Assembly: GCF_006345805.1 (NCBI RefSeq)
Contig: NC_043015.1
Coordinates: 38,440,001-38,504,000 of the forward strand
Length of the DNA: 64,000 nucleotides
Source of the DNA: Octopus sinensis
Taxonomy: Eukaryota
Direction of reading: 5' to 3'
Positions 1 through 12,259 of this stretch are shown here, piece by piece (the stretch's first letter is position 1; each line of letters begins with the position of its first letter). The notes beneath the pieces are model-generated. The model was not told the DNA's origin, made no database searches, and was given only the letters and a program-made list of their open reading frames with translations. The translations under genes were made by a program, and so were the position numbers.

Positions 1-144
1 ATTACATCGACCCCAGTGCTTAACTGGTATTTATTTAATCGACCCTGAAAAGATGAAAGGCAAAATCCACCTCTGCGGAATTTGAACTCAGAATACCCAG
101 CGTGCTAATGTTTCTGCCAGCTCACCGCCTTATTTTATCAACAT

Positions 145-547
145 ACTAGCAGTATCGCCCGGCGTTGCTCGGGTTTGTTTCGACCCTTTAGAATTGGAAT
201 TTTTGAAAAGTAAAAATTTTGCATTATGTAGTTTGTTATTCTCTTTAAGTGAACATTTTTTCTGGTTGAAATACACCGAAAAATGGCGACACAGCAGTCC
301 AAAAATTGTAAAATATAGGGATTTCCATAGAAAAAAAAGCACCTTTTTTATGTAAATATTTTTTGGTGTTAACATGGTCCGATTTTAATTTTTTCTTCTA
401 CGGAAGAAAGAGCAAGCCTTCTTCTATCATACTCTCAACTTTGGTGAACTTGCGCTGCAGGCTCTCGGAGGAGATAGTGTTAGTTGAAAGCAACCAAACC
501 TGCCACACACAGACAACTTCAGCTTTTATATATATAGAGAGATAGAT
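145..547. mobile_element. Non-autonomous Helitron/HINE-like element
   Basis: Starts actagcagtatcgcccggcgttgctcggg and ends cagacaacttcagcttttatatatatagagagat. The same termini occur at 28814-29188. Class assignment is by resemblance only. Confidence 0.55.
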
Positions 548-917
548 TGGTTAAATAAAATCAAGTGATCTTACATCGACCCCAGTGCATAACTAGTACT
601 TAATTTATCAACCCCGAAAGGATGATAGGCAAAGTCGACCTCGGCGGAATTTGAACTCAGAACATAACGGCACACAAAAAACTGCTAAACATTTCGCCCG
701 GGGTGCTAACCTTTCTGCCAGCTCACCGCCTTTATTATCACTGTTGGTAATAAAAATCAATTAAGTGCACCTAATTTGCAATCAAATCCGACACTGATTT
801 CTGTTCCTTGTTTTTCTTTTCCCCTCAATCCCTGTTTTCTATTTCTCGCCCTGTCACAACTCCGTCAAGGTCAGCTTATGCTTTTTTACAAGTCAAATAC
901 AATACATGTCAGGCAAC

Positions 918-1133
918 TCATTTATCACTGCCGTTCACTGACCTTTCTCTCTCACATGTTACGACTGAATAATTAAAACAGAAACATTTATATCTTGCTC
1001 TCTCCCTCTCCTTCTCTCTGTCTATATCTAATATATATATATACACACATATATATATATATATATACAGACTACGTGTATATAAAAAAGAAAAAAACAG
1101 CTCATCTGTACTACCACGACAAAAAGGGTATGT
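918..1133 (+). promoter_or_regulatory. Putative promoter and short non-coding first exon of paralog A (donor after 1127)
   Basis: TTATCA (922), TGACCT (939) and TATAAAA (1081), then taccacgacaaaaagg|GTATGT, which is homologous to donors upstream of B and D. Coding exon 1 begins with an acceptor 7 nt before ATG, so an upstream exon is required. Confidence 0.5.
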
Positions 1134-2201
1134 TGTCCTTTTTTTTCCTTCTATCACAGGTATTTTTATTTAAACTGTTCCACCTTGCTAAACATAGCAA
1201 CCGAATCTCCCACCAATCTTTGGAAAAAGAGGAATTTCGGGTCCATTCTCTCCATCTGAATTTATTATCACTAATTTCCGTAACTTTTGCATATTTCACT
1301 TTTTCTTTTTCATTTTTATATGGAAAACCTACAGAAATGTAATTCTGCAAAATGTTAGGTAAAAGTATGCATTTTCCAAAAAGTTATAAAGAAACAAACT
1401 GGGGGTGGTCGAACATGAAATTGTAACACGGTGTAATGTAAGCATCGATATATCAATCAGAGAAAGACGTCTCTGATAAGATCACTACTTCTTACAGCTT
1501 GCAATTAGATTAGTTCGATTTTCATTTCACCATTTCATTTATATGTTCCGTTTCCTTTTTCTCTTTTAATTTGCCTCACCTGAGAGTCTTACCTGGTGTT
1601 TTGTCATGCTTGAATTAGCAACTTTCAACTTGTAAAACTTCAATATTATCAAGAACTATAAAAGAACGAGGTATTTATAGTCACATCTTGATGATTAAAC
1701 ATGTCAATACTTCTTGCAACATCAAAACTACAGAATGCATCTTAGACTGATTCGGTTTTTTTATGTAGCAATTTTACTTTTTTACGTACAGTGTCCCCCC
1801 CCCCCTTATTCGCGGTCCCGATTATTCGCGGAATCGTAAATATCCTCCGCGATCTTTTATGGCATTTCGTGGCAATATATAGTTTTTCAAACTTTATAAG
1901 GCTAAATTATTAATACGTCCCTTGGCAGCTGAAGGTCGCTCTAATTAGAATCGCCGCGTACGTTGACACTTGAATATCTCCTTGTATATCTCATTTCTGC
2001 TTTCAATCAAACCTTGCTAATTAGACTAATCACATCTATACTTCACACAAACTCTTTTTTAAAAATCATTGCTTCATTTGCTCATACAAATTTTTTTTTA
2101 TTTCTACAGGATAATTTTTAAAGTTGTGACCCATATAGCATCATTGAAATTAGGTTACCTGTTGGTCCCCCCTCTCTCTCTCTCTCTTATTATTATTATT
2201 A

Positions 2202-2259
<58 letters not shown>

Positions 2260-2361
2260 GTAGAGATTACAGTATCCAGTTGTAATACAAAGTAAATTAT
2301 TCAAAAATCATGATTATTTTTAATCTCTGCTCAATCTTCCATTGGTGGTATGTGCATGTTA

Positions 2362-2594
2362 AGGGCGGCGAGCTGGCAGAATCGTTAGCACGCCGGGCGA
2401 AATGCTTAGCAGTATTTCGTCTGCCGCTACGTTCTGAGTTCAAATTCCGCCAAGGTCGACTTTGTCTTTCATCCTTTTGGGGTCGATAAATTAAGTACCA
2501 GTTATGCACTGGGGTTGATGTAATCAATTTAATTCGTTTGTCTGTCCTTGTTTGTCCTCTCTGTGTTTAGCTCCTTGTGGGTAGTAAAGAAATA
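2362..2594 (+). mobile_element. tRNA-derived SINE family 1 (ggcggcgagctggcagaa...), 15-bp TSD
   Basis: TSD ggtatgtgcatgtta at 2347-2361 and 2595-2609, with A/B-box-like head. Other copies: 1-131(-), 571-732(-), 38212-38560(+), 52410-52800(-), 58310-58480(-), 61436-61660(+), 62880-63046(-). Confidence 0.85.
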
Positions 2595-2884
2595 GGTATG
2601 TGCATGTTAGACGCAATGAAGATGATTTTGTAGGTTTTTCTTTTGGAAAGCCTGCGTCCAGTAGCTATCTCCAGTATTTTGTTGCGTGATGTGTTTTTTG
2701 TAGCATGTTATTAAAGCCCTAAGATCCCGCCCAAACGAACTACACCTTCTAAGGCTCCTGGCTGTGAACATAAGCGCCAGTAAAAGGTTATAACTCTCCA
2801 TGGGAAGGCACAACTGCTGGATATGTTCCGGGAAGGTAAAAGTTATGCTGCAGTAGGTCGCTGTTATGTTCTCAACGAAAGCAC

Positions 2885-3877
2885 TGAAGCGTACAACTTG
2901 AGGGAAATTCCTCTCTCTTTCTGTTATATATGCATAAATACGGACGTAGTAGATAACAGCTAGTCCTCGGCCACCTTTTTGGACCCTGTTGTGTCCACTA
3001 CTCTGATTGGTTGGTATTGGCACCAATTTGTCTCTTGCTCTATTGCCTGCCAATATGCAACCCAACCAATCGCAGTCTTCAAATAAGGTCACGTGAGACG
3101 GTCTCTTCTAAATCTCAGTTTGCACAAACTGCTCACTATAAAACTCTAGCGACACATCGAGTCGGTGTCTTTCGGTTCCAGACCTTTTGAAGTCTAGCCA
3201 CTGACCACACAGGACACAGCCAGTTCTAGCGACAACACAACAGAAGCCACATAGAGATCCATCAACATCGTCCAGCAGCATTCAGTGGCCTCCATCACTG
3301 TTGCCAGCATTCTTCCTAACATCAACATCATCTCTCTACGTACACAGCAACAAGCAACGCTCGCACAGGTTTCAACACGACACTGTTTGTGAATCACTTC
3401 ACCATGGTTAGCAGCAAAATACAACCTGCGAGAACTTCCTGTATCAAGTGACCGGCAACAGCATAGTAGCCACAACTTCTTGTACGACACGTACCGCACA
3501 GGCTCTGCTTCTTCCCCACAACTTCTTGGTGCAGCACTTCATCTATCGTTTACCTTGACTACGAACTGATATTTATCATCTTTGTGTCTGAACATTCTTC
3601 TAGCGTCATATTATAGACTCTTTCAATGCTCTGTACTTAATACACACACATACACATTATGTATACATGACGGCCTGTCTATTATTATGTATATATGACG
3701 CACACACAGACACACATTAACCTATCAATAAAATCTTCTCTTAAACATTCTACCCAGTTGTGTCTCTCTTTTCCTTCTGCCATTCATACGCATTTAGTCT
3801 CTTCATATATATTGTATCAACCGTGTAATGTCCAAAGGAGCCATTCTCGTCACCTTCACTTCGCTTGATCGTTTACA
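2885..3877 (+). mobile_element. Solo LTR (TG..CA, 4-bp TSD GCAC) inserted in the Tigger transposase
   Basis: GCAC at 2881-2884 and 3878-3881, and removing the insert restores the transposase frame. Internal CCAAT boxes, CACGTG, TATAAAA (~3137) and AATAAA (~3727). Confidence 0.8.
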
Positions 3878-5454
3878 GCACCATACGCTACATAAAGGAG
3901 AACAAGGTGACAATCAGGACTACCATAGCAATAAGTTTCTGTGAAAGGCCAAAAAAATAACGATAGTGAGAAATAAACACATTGTCTGGACGAAATCTGC
4001 CTTGGGAGTGTAGATCAGTGACTGCAAGAAAAAACACCCCCTTCAGGGGTAACATCACCCGTGAGAAAACAGAATTTATACCAACAGTTCAACAGAAGAG
4101 GAGCAGAAAGCATTGAAGAACCGTAACCAGAACCAAAACCATTGACAAAACCGTAACTAAAACCATAATGTAAACCATTGACAGCACCAGAGCCCAAAGA
4201 TTTTCAAACCAGTAAGGGATACTTTGACTGTTCCCAGAAATGGTTTTAAATAAAGTGTGTTTCCCTACATGGAGAGACAGCATCAGCCAACAAAGAAGCC
4301 ATCGAGAAGTACCCCGAGACCTTCAGGCAGATCATCGAGGACAAGGGATACAAATCGAAACAGGTTTACAATATGGACAAGACTGGCTTGTTCTGGAAGA
4401 AGATGCCTTCCAGAACATACATCATAAAGGATGAAGCCAGATCCCCAGGATTTAAGGCACTGAAAGACAGAGTGATGCTAATTACGTGTGGTAATGCTGC
4501 TGGCTTCATGATGAAACCATGTAATAACATCTACGTATTTTTGCAAATGGAATATTCAAAATATTCCCATTCTTCAAAACAAATGAATAAAATGAAAGGT
4601 AATAGAAAAATACTTGACAAGAATTCTGAATCCAAATCTAAACTGGAAATAGGAAAGACTGCTGCTACAAGCAACTACTCATATACCAATTACCTTATGA
4701 AAATATGTGTGTCTGAGAAGCTGAAAACAGTGAAAGCATTTAACACAAAATATTCCTTCCATTAAGTCTGTATCAGTATTTATTTAGATAGTTTTTCATA
4801 TGATTAATAATTTCTAATTACAGAAAATCTTTCTTCAGATATTGTGACTGTATCAAGAATTGTTTATAAAATATTCTTAGAATAATTATATAGGCACGGG
4901 TGTGGCTATGTGGTAAAAATCTTGCTTCCCAACCACATAGTTCCGGGTTCAGTCCCACTGTGTGGCACCTTGAGTAGATTTGGTAGACAGAAACTGAAAG
5001 AAGCCCATCATGTGTATGTGTGTGTGTTTGTCCACCTACCATTGCTTGACTACTGATGCTGGTGTGTTTATGTCTCCATAACTTAGCGGTTCAGCAAAAG
5101 AGACCGATAGAATAAGCACTACGCTTACAAAGAATAAGTCCTGGGGTTGATTTCTTTGACTAAAACCTTTAAGGTGGTACTCTAGCATGGCCACAGTCAA
5201 ATAACTGAAACTAGTAATGGAATAAAAGAAAGATATATATATATATATATGCATAAATATACATACATACGTATCTATATGCATGTATCTGTCTATCTGT
5301 ATATGCATGCATACACACACTCTTTCTCTCTTGTGTATATATGTGTCTGCCTGTTTGTGCGCATGTGTCTGCACACACAAATGCACATGCATATGCTATA
5401 TATAAATGTTTCTTTGCATTTTTTTCTAAATGTAATTTTGTTTTCAGAAACAAG

Positions 5455-7087
5455 ATGTCTGTATCTGTTGCCCTGAAGAATGTCTGTCAAGGAATTGGTG
5501 AGGCACCTCACTGGGTGGAAAGTACTAAATCATTGCTGTTTGTTGATGAAGAATTTGGAGGCCTCCACAAGTGGAACAGCATTGATAACACACATACCAA
5601 GTTTAATGCTGGTATGTATGTTTGTATATCTATCAACATGGGTGAGCAGAAAATTTCATAGACTGAAGGAGTGATGCTAGAGCTGTGAAATCTTGCATGC
5701 ATTCATTTCAACCTTTCTTATTAATAACTCCATTGTTTCTTTCCAGGTAAACTGACATCTGAATGTTGAAAGAATACTTCAAAAGTAATTAGTTGCAACT
5801 TCCATTGATGATGATGGTAATGATCAATATATCATGCTATCATATGATATAAGACCTCTTATACGTTATTATATGATATGAACCATTTAAAATCTATTGA
5901 AAGATATCAATATCTTATCACATGAAGCTTGTGTTATATCTTTTACATCACAGTTCGTATCTTCTCTTGTGTATTTTACCAGATAAAAATGTCAGCTTCA
6001 TCATACCTCGTGAATCTGGTGGTTATGTCGTATCATATAAGACCCATCTCGCTGATTTTGACTGGGAGAGTCGACAGGTGAAACCATTCCTTGATGTGGA
6101 ACCAGATAAACCAGGAAACGACTTCAATGATGGCAAATGTGACAGTTATGGCAGGCTTGTGGCAGGTGAGCATTTCATTGTTTTTTTTTTTGTGTAGGAA
6201 ACTGTCTCTCATAGTTCGTATTTTCAGGGTTGTTGTTAAACCCTGGGCCATCTCTTACAGGATTGTAACTTCAGAGTTTCATCAGGGGCCCTACCCCCAA
6301 TGTACCTAACTTTCACTCTGAAGGTACTGACCATTGATCTATTTTGGGCAGTTTTGGTATTTGCAATGGCCAGTCTATGAGGTTTCCTGGTCAGAATGAA
6401 ATCAATCTACCTTGTGTGTTTGCTGGAATGGTAGGTGGTGGGGTGCCTGGTCGCTTTCTGGAAGTGGGTTGTTGCAAATTGTTTGATGAGTTCCATAACA
6501 GAACTCCAAGAGTCTTACATCCTCACCATATTCATTCTCCTCACGGACATCACAGTAGCCATCGTGTTTTTGACCAATATGTCCTGTAAAGTCACCAGGT
6601 ATGATGACTGTCAAAGGTTGTCATAGAAACACTTCTGTTTGTATATTTATACAAATCTTCATGTATGGTGAGTGTTCCATAGATGCTTGGCATCTTGTGC
6701 CATTTCTGACTTTCCATCCATGACCTCTCAGATGACTATTCAGTCTTGCTGTTTTGTAACTGTGCATATCGAGTGCATATATATATGCCAGACAGAGCTG
6801 GCAACCGGCCACGAACGGACGGTGCTTTTACGTGTCACCGGCATGGGGGCCAGCCGAGGCTGGCAACGGACGCGAACGGATGGTGCTTTTACGTGCCACC
6901 GACACGGTTGCCAGACAGAGCTGGCAAACGGCCACGAGCGGACGGTGCTTTTACGTGTCACCGGCCAGTTTATGGGTAATCCCATAAACTGGTTTTCCCT
7001 AATTTAAAAATAAATGCTACGATACACCTTAGAGTGTGCTTCTTCTTCAGATTTATGCTTTCTACAAACGGTAAATATGTATATATA

Positions 7088-7139
<52 letters not shown>

Positions 7140-10100
7140 GTCATCATCATCACATCATCATCATCAACATCATCATCATCATTATCATTTAACATCTGCT
7201 TTCCATGCTGGCAAGGGTTAAACGGTTGAACTGGGGGTCTTGGAAGCCAGGAGGCTGCACCAGGCTCCAGTCTGATCTGGCATGGTTTCTACAGCTTGAT
7301 GCCCTTCCTAACGCCAACCACTGATTGAGTGAAGTGAGTGCTTTTTACATGCCACCGGTACGGGTATCACAACAACAATTTCCGTTTGATTTTCATTTTG
7401 ATGTTGATGTACTTGACTCAGTAAGTCTCCTCAAGCACAGTATATATATATAATCATCATCATCATCGGATAATGTCCGTTTTTCATGCTGACATGGTTT
7501 GGACGGTTTAACTGAGGACTGGGAATCCAGGAGGCTGCACCAGGCTCCAGTCTGATCTGGCATGGTTTCTATGGCTGGATGCCCTTCTTAATGCCAACCA
7601 CTCCAAGAGTGTAGAGGGTGCTTTTTACATGCCACCAGCACAAATGCCCATGCATGAATGGTGCTTATGTATAGGAGTGTGAGTATATGCACTCATATGT
7701 ATATATATATATGTTGCATTGTGGGTACGCACCCACACCCATGTGGGTATATGTGTAGACTGTGTTATATTACATAATCTCCGAAGAGGCCTTGTGATAT
7801 TTTTGTTAATGTCTCATTTATATCTATATATTGACCAACCATAAAGGGCTAATATTGGTAAAATGAGACATAATTATCGACATGGCCGAAACAGCTGTAA
7901 GATCTAATTTATACTTATATTTATATTTACTTGTATTTATATTCTTTTTTATATATATTCTACTTATTATACAACATTACTCTCTTATGTACACTTTTTT
8001 ATGTACATTCCTTTATGTACACTGATTTGTTCTGCTTTTTATATTTAACCCTACAGTCTCTTATGTGGTGATTTAATAAAGTATGTGATTGAGTATTATC
8101 TGGTAATTGATATTTGATTCAGAAGTATTTCTCTATTTTCTTATCTTGTATATATATATATATATATATACATACATTAATATCGAACAATGGAAATGAG
8201 TGCTCAATACTGCATTGGTGGATGTAATTGTTTTGTTTGTTTTTTTGTGAATTAAGGTATACACAACATCTGGAATCATTCAGAACCAAAAACAAGAAAC
8301 ATGCAATATTCCTGTCAAATATTATATGGATATTGAAAGGAAGTAGAATAAGTAACCGCCAAATAGAATGGAACATCATTGCTAAAGTTAAACAATACGG
8401 AGGACGGCCTGCCAAATGTGAACTCTGCATTAGTGAAAAGTTAAACATTATACAATCCACAGATAACGTCCTAAACATTAGAGAGGAAACCTTCTCTCCC
8501 TGCATACAAAAACAATATTTTACACTCAAATATTTCAAAGAAGAGCCTCTCTATGTGAGGTTAACCTTGCCATAATAGCCCATTTCCTAAACCTAAACAC
8601 ACAAACTTTGCCCCAATGACGAATTACCTCAGTGCACAGGTATAAGAACACCGTGCCCAGGACCAAAACAAAATAATGCAAACAAATTGATCACAAAAGA
8701 AATTTGTCCAAAAGATAAATTCAAGGGAAACAAACACCCAAAAAAATGCTACCCAAGAGTAATGTCCTTGATTCATTGTTTTTTTATGCAAATTTATGAG
8801 AAATCCCGTAAATGAAGTGAGACTCATCAGAAATATTAAATTTCTAAATATCTCATAGAGATATGTACGGTGGTGGGGCGATAGAATGGTTGTATACTGT
8901 CAATTTAACGTGACAGTAGGGGATTACACCACCGCTGTTTAGCCCTAGGAAGCATCGACGCTTCCTGATGGCTTTGACACATTTTTCCCTGTGTCCTTAT
9001 ATATTTACGAAGGGGAGACAAACACCCCCAGCAGCCAGGCCTGCATCTAGAGACACACATGTTTCAGGATCTTTGCCCATCATCAGTCTAGAGTAGCAGA
9101 AGCCCGCCAGCCGCAGATATCTGTCTCGATTTCGCAAATATATATATCTAATTTTCAGTGAAGTTTATTCAGGGCTTCTGCTACTCTAGACCGATGATGG
9201 GCAAAGATCCTGATACATGCGTGTCTCTAGATGCAGGCCTGGCTGCTAGGGGTATTTGTCTCCCCTTCGTAAATATATAAGGACACAGGAAAAAATGTGT
9301 CGAAGTGAGACTGTCTTCCAGAATGGTGGTGAACACCTTCCTCCGTATGATTGGCTTGGAAAATTGCTAACACACCAGGATACTTTCCTACTTTTCTTAA
9401 CATGAAACCACTGGTAGCCATAATTCACACACACACACACTCACACACACACTCACACACTCACACACACACACATATGTAGATATATATATCTTGTAAA
9501 TGCTTTGGGATGCATTATCAGTTTTATTTCTGAAGTGTTGCAGGGTTAAGGGAGTTTCAGTATTAGACCTCTTCGTCTAATTTTTTGCTTAACCCCAAGT
9601 CAGCTCTGGCCTAGCTCCCCTTTCATTGTCAAGTGTGCACAAATTCTGAAATAATAGAATGTAATGTAACGGAAATTTGGCTGCTATTTCTAGCTTTTAG
9701 ACTTGTCACTACATTTCCATGTGGACAGAATAACATACTCTAACTTTTCTCCCATTAGGTACCATGAAAACATTTACAGGCACACCTGAAATGGCTGGAG
9801 CTGGACATCTATATCGGATTGATAAAGATCTCTCGGTTAAAGTCGTCAAAGACAAGATCAATATATCTAATGGCATGACATGGACATCAGATGACAAAAC
9901 CATGTTCTACACCCATTCTCTTCCAAGAAAAGTATTTTCTTATGACTATGATATTTCTACAGGGGAAATGTGTAAGTATTGTCAGTCTTAATTATTTTCT
10001 TAATTACTAACTTAACGATCCAAGCAGAATTTCAACTCAGAATCTAAAATCTTGCTTTGGAATAACAAAAACGCATTTGGTCTGCTGTTCTTCCAGTTTT

Positions 10101-12127
10101 GTGACAAATATTTAATAATATTTAATTCAATTCAATCAAATTTATTGTTTTTGTATTTACAAAGACTTATTCTTGAAACAATTTTCATTTGCTTCTCCAG
10201 TTGGTGTACAATCTCGTTAGAATAAGATTTAGTCTTGTATTTGTAATTTGTGAGATGTTGGAAAGCTTTAACTAAGATTGTCCATGCGATCAGAAGACAA
10301 ATTTCTTAGTAACAGTTTAAAACATGGAATCCAAAAGGCAATGAATTTAATTAACCCTTCCAGTGTTTTCATGAAACTATTTCGTTTTAACAATAAATAT
10401 TCTCCGTTTCCTTCTTTAGCCAGAGAACAAGTGGTTATCGATTTTGAAGGCAAAGAACTCCATGAATTTGGGGTACCAGATGGAATGACAATTGATTTAA
10501 ATGACAAAATATGGTTGGCTTGTTATTACAGTAGTCAAGTATTCCAGATTGACCCAGAAACAGGTACAGAAAATATTATTTCTTTACCCAAAAGCCTTGC
10601 TAGATGAGACAAGAGTGTTCTCCCTTTCTTGTAGCCATTTTCCCTACCAAAATTTCCTGGCAAACCTCCTTCAAATCATATTCTGTTATCCACACTGTGT
10701 CTGTATAAAAGATGAGGTGGTCACAGCTGGAACAGCTTTGATCGTAGATAGATGTGACTGATCCGGGCTTATCAACAACTGATTATTCGTTCTCCTGATA
10801 TACTTTGCAAGCAACACATCCATGTGGAGGAGGCAAGGGAGAAACATGGCAGCTGATTAAGAGAGAGACTGGTGTACATCAGATGCCTGTCATCATCATC
10901 ATCATCAACATCACTTCTGCCACCACCATCACCACCACTTCTGCCTGCCACCACCACCCCTGCCACCACCACCCCTGCCACTCATTACAGCCATCATCTT
11001 CATTGTTTTGTCTGGATTTCAGTAAAAAGTGTTTATTACACACATGTGAGTGAGAACACTGAGAGATATTTTTGGTATCTAACATATGTCAGATACTGCG
11101 AGCGCTGCTTCTGATTGGTCAATCCATGGTGATGACCCGAGGTCACGGTGACAGCGCTGCTTCTGATTGGTCAATCCATGGTGATGACCCGAGGTCACGG
11201 TGACGGCACTACTTTTGTCATTCATAAGTTACAACTAAACGTGAAGAATTTAGTTATTGGGTTAATAAAATATGGTCGTTTATTCGTGTGTAATAAATAA
11301 AATACCAAACTCATTCCCTATGGATACCGTATTTATTACAACGAGTGGCTTGTAAACGTATCTAACTCACTTTCGCTCGTTAGATACGATTACAAGCCAC
11401 TCGTAATAAATACGGTATCCATAGGGAACTCGTTTGGTATTCTCTATTTGTTAATACCAAAATAAAAAGGTATTTAGTATGACTGCTAGGTGAACTTAGT
11501 AGTTGGCTATGTCTACCTTGGATAAACACTTCATATATAATAAGCACGGATGGCTGAGTGGATAGAGTCACAGACTACCAGCAGTGAGGTGAGTGGTTCA
11601 CATCCCAGTGCTAGTAGCAGATTGTGCTTGTGGCCATGGCACTAAACTTTCAAATGGCCAAGTCCACCTAGTTTGCAAAGGGATACCACATGAGAGGAAC
11701 AACTTAGTACCGTGAGCAGTGGCAGAACTGTAACTGTGTAAAGTTTTTCATGAACATGCAGTGGAGAGTTCAAATTTCATTGAGGGCAGTAAAGGGCAGA
11801 GTGCAGGAAGGTATTTCTGATGGACCAGCACACAGTACAATACAGGGCAGAAATAGGGAAGGTAATTACTTTCGTGCTAATGAGGGTAATTAGGAGAGAA
11901 ATGCAGAAGATAATATTAGAGCAATAATTGTGAGGATGTTACTAGGTTTCTTGACTGTAACCATGCTGGAGCACTGCCTTGAGTTGAACAAATTGACCCA
12001 AGGAATTATTCTTTGTAAGCCTTTTACTCATTCTATCAGTCTCTTGTGTCGAGCAGCTAAGTTACAGGAATGTAAATACACCAACATCAGTTGTGGGAGG
12101 ACAAATACAGACACACAAACACACACA

Positions 12128-12164
<37 letters not shown>

Positions 12165-12174
12165 CACACACACA

Positions 12175-12209
<35 letters not shown>

Positions 12210-12213
12210 CACA

Positions 12214-12259
<46 letters not shown>

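Larger units (their letters stand above)
1790..4519 (+). mobile_element. Tigger/pogo-family DNA transposon relic (3' truncated) with nested insertions
   Basis: TA|CAGTGTCCCCC..TTATTCGCGG left end. CENP-B-type HTH KRQ*KVITL...LLDMFREGKSYAAVGR..LNES (2772-2884) resumes as STIRYIKEN at 3877. DDE-domain start QVYNMDKTGLFWKKMPSRTYI..PGFKALKDRVMLITCGNAAG (4270-4519). Confidence 0.88.
8976..9301. repeat. Inverted repeat, 130-bp arms (8976-9105 / 9172-9301), 66-bp spacer, one hammerhead per arm; probable inverted PLE pseudo-LTR pair
   Basis: Arms are reverse complements with few mismatches, and a PLE endonuclease relic is adjacent. Confidence 0.85.

Noticed and set aside
4373-4765. 130-aa ORF with an apparent paralog at 17682-17906
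   Set aside because: Chimera of a Tigger fragment and duplicated intronic sequence. There is no evidence the shared part is coding.
6965-6992. Perfect 12-bp hairpin followed by T-run (terminator-like)
   Set aside because: Eukaryotic intron, so it is more likely a repeat fragment.
8760-8832. Minus-strand CTGATGA-GTC...GAC partial hammerhead
   Set aside because: No GAAA or cleavage triplet follows, so at best a truncated relic.
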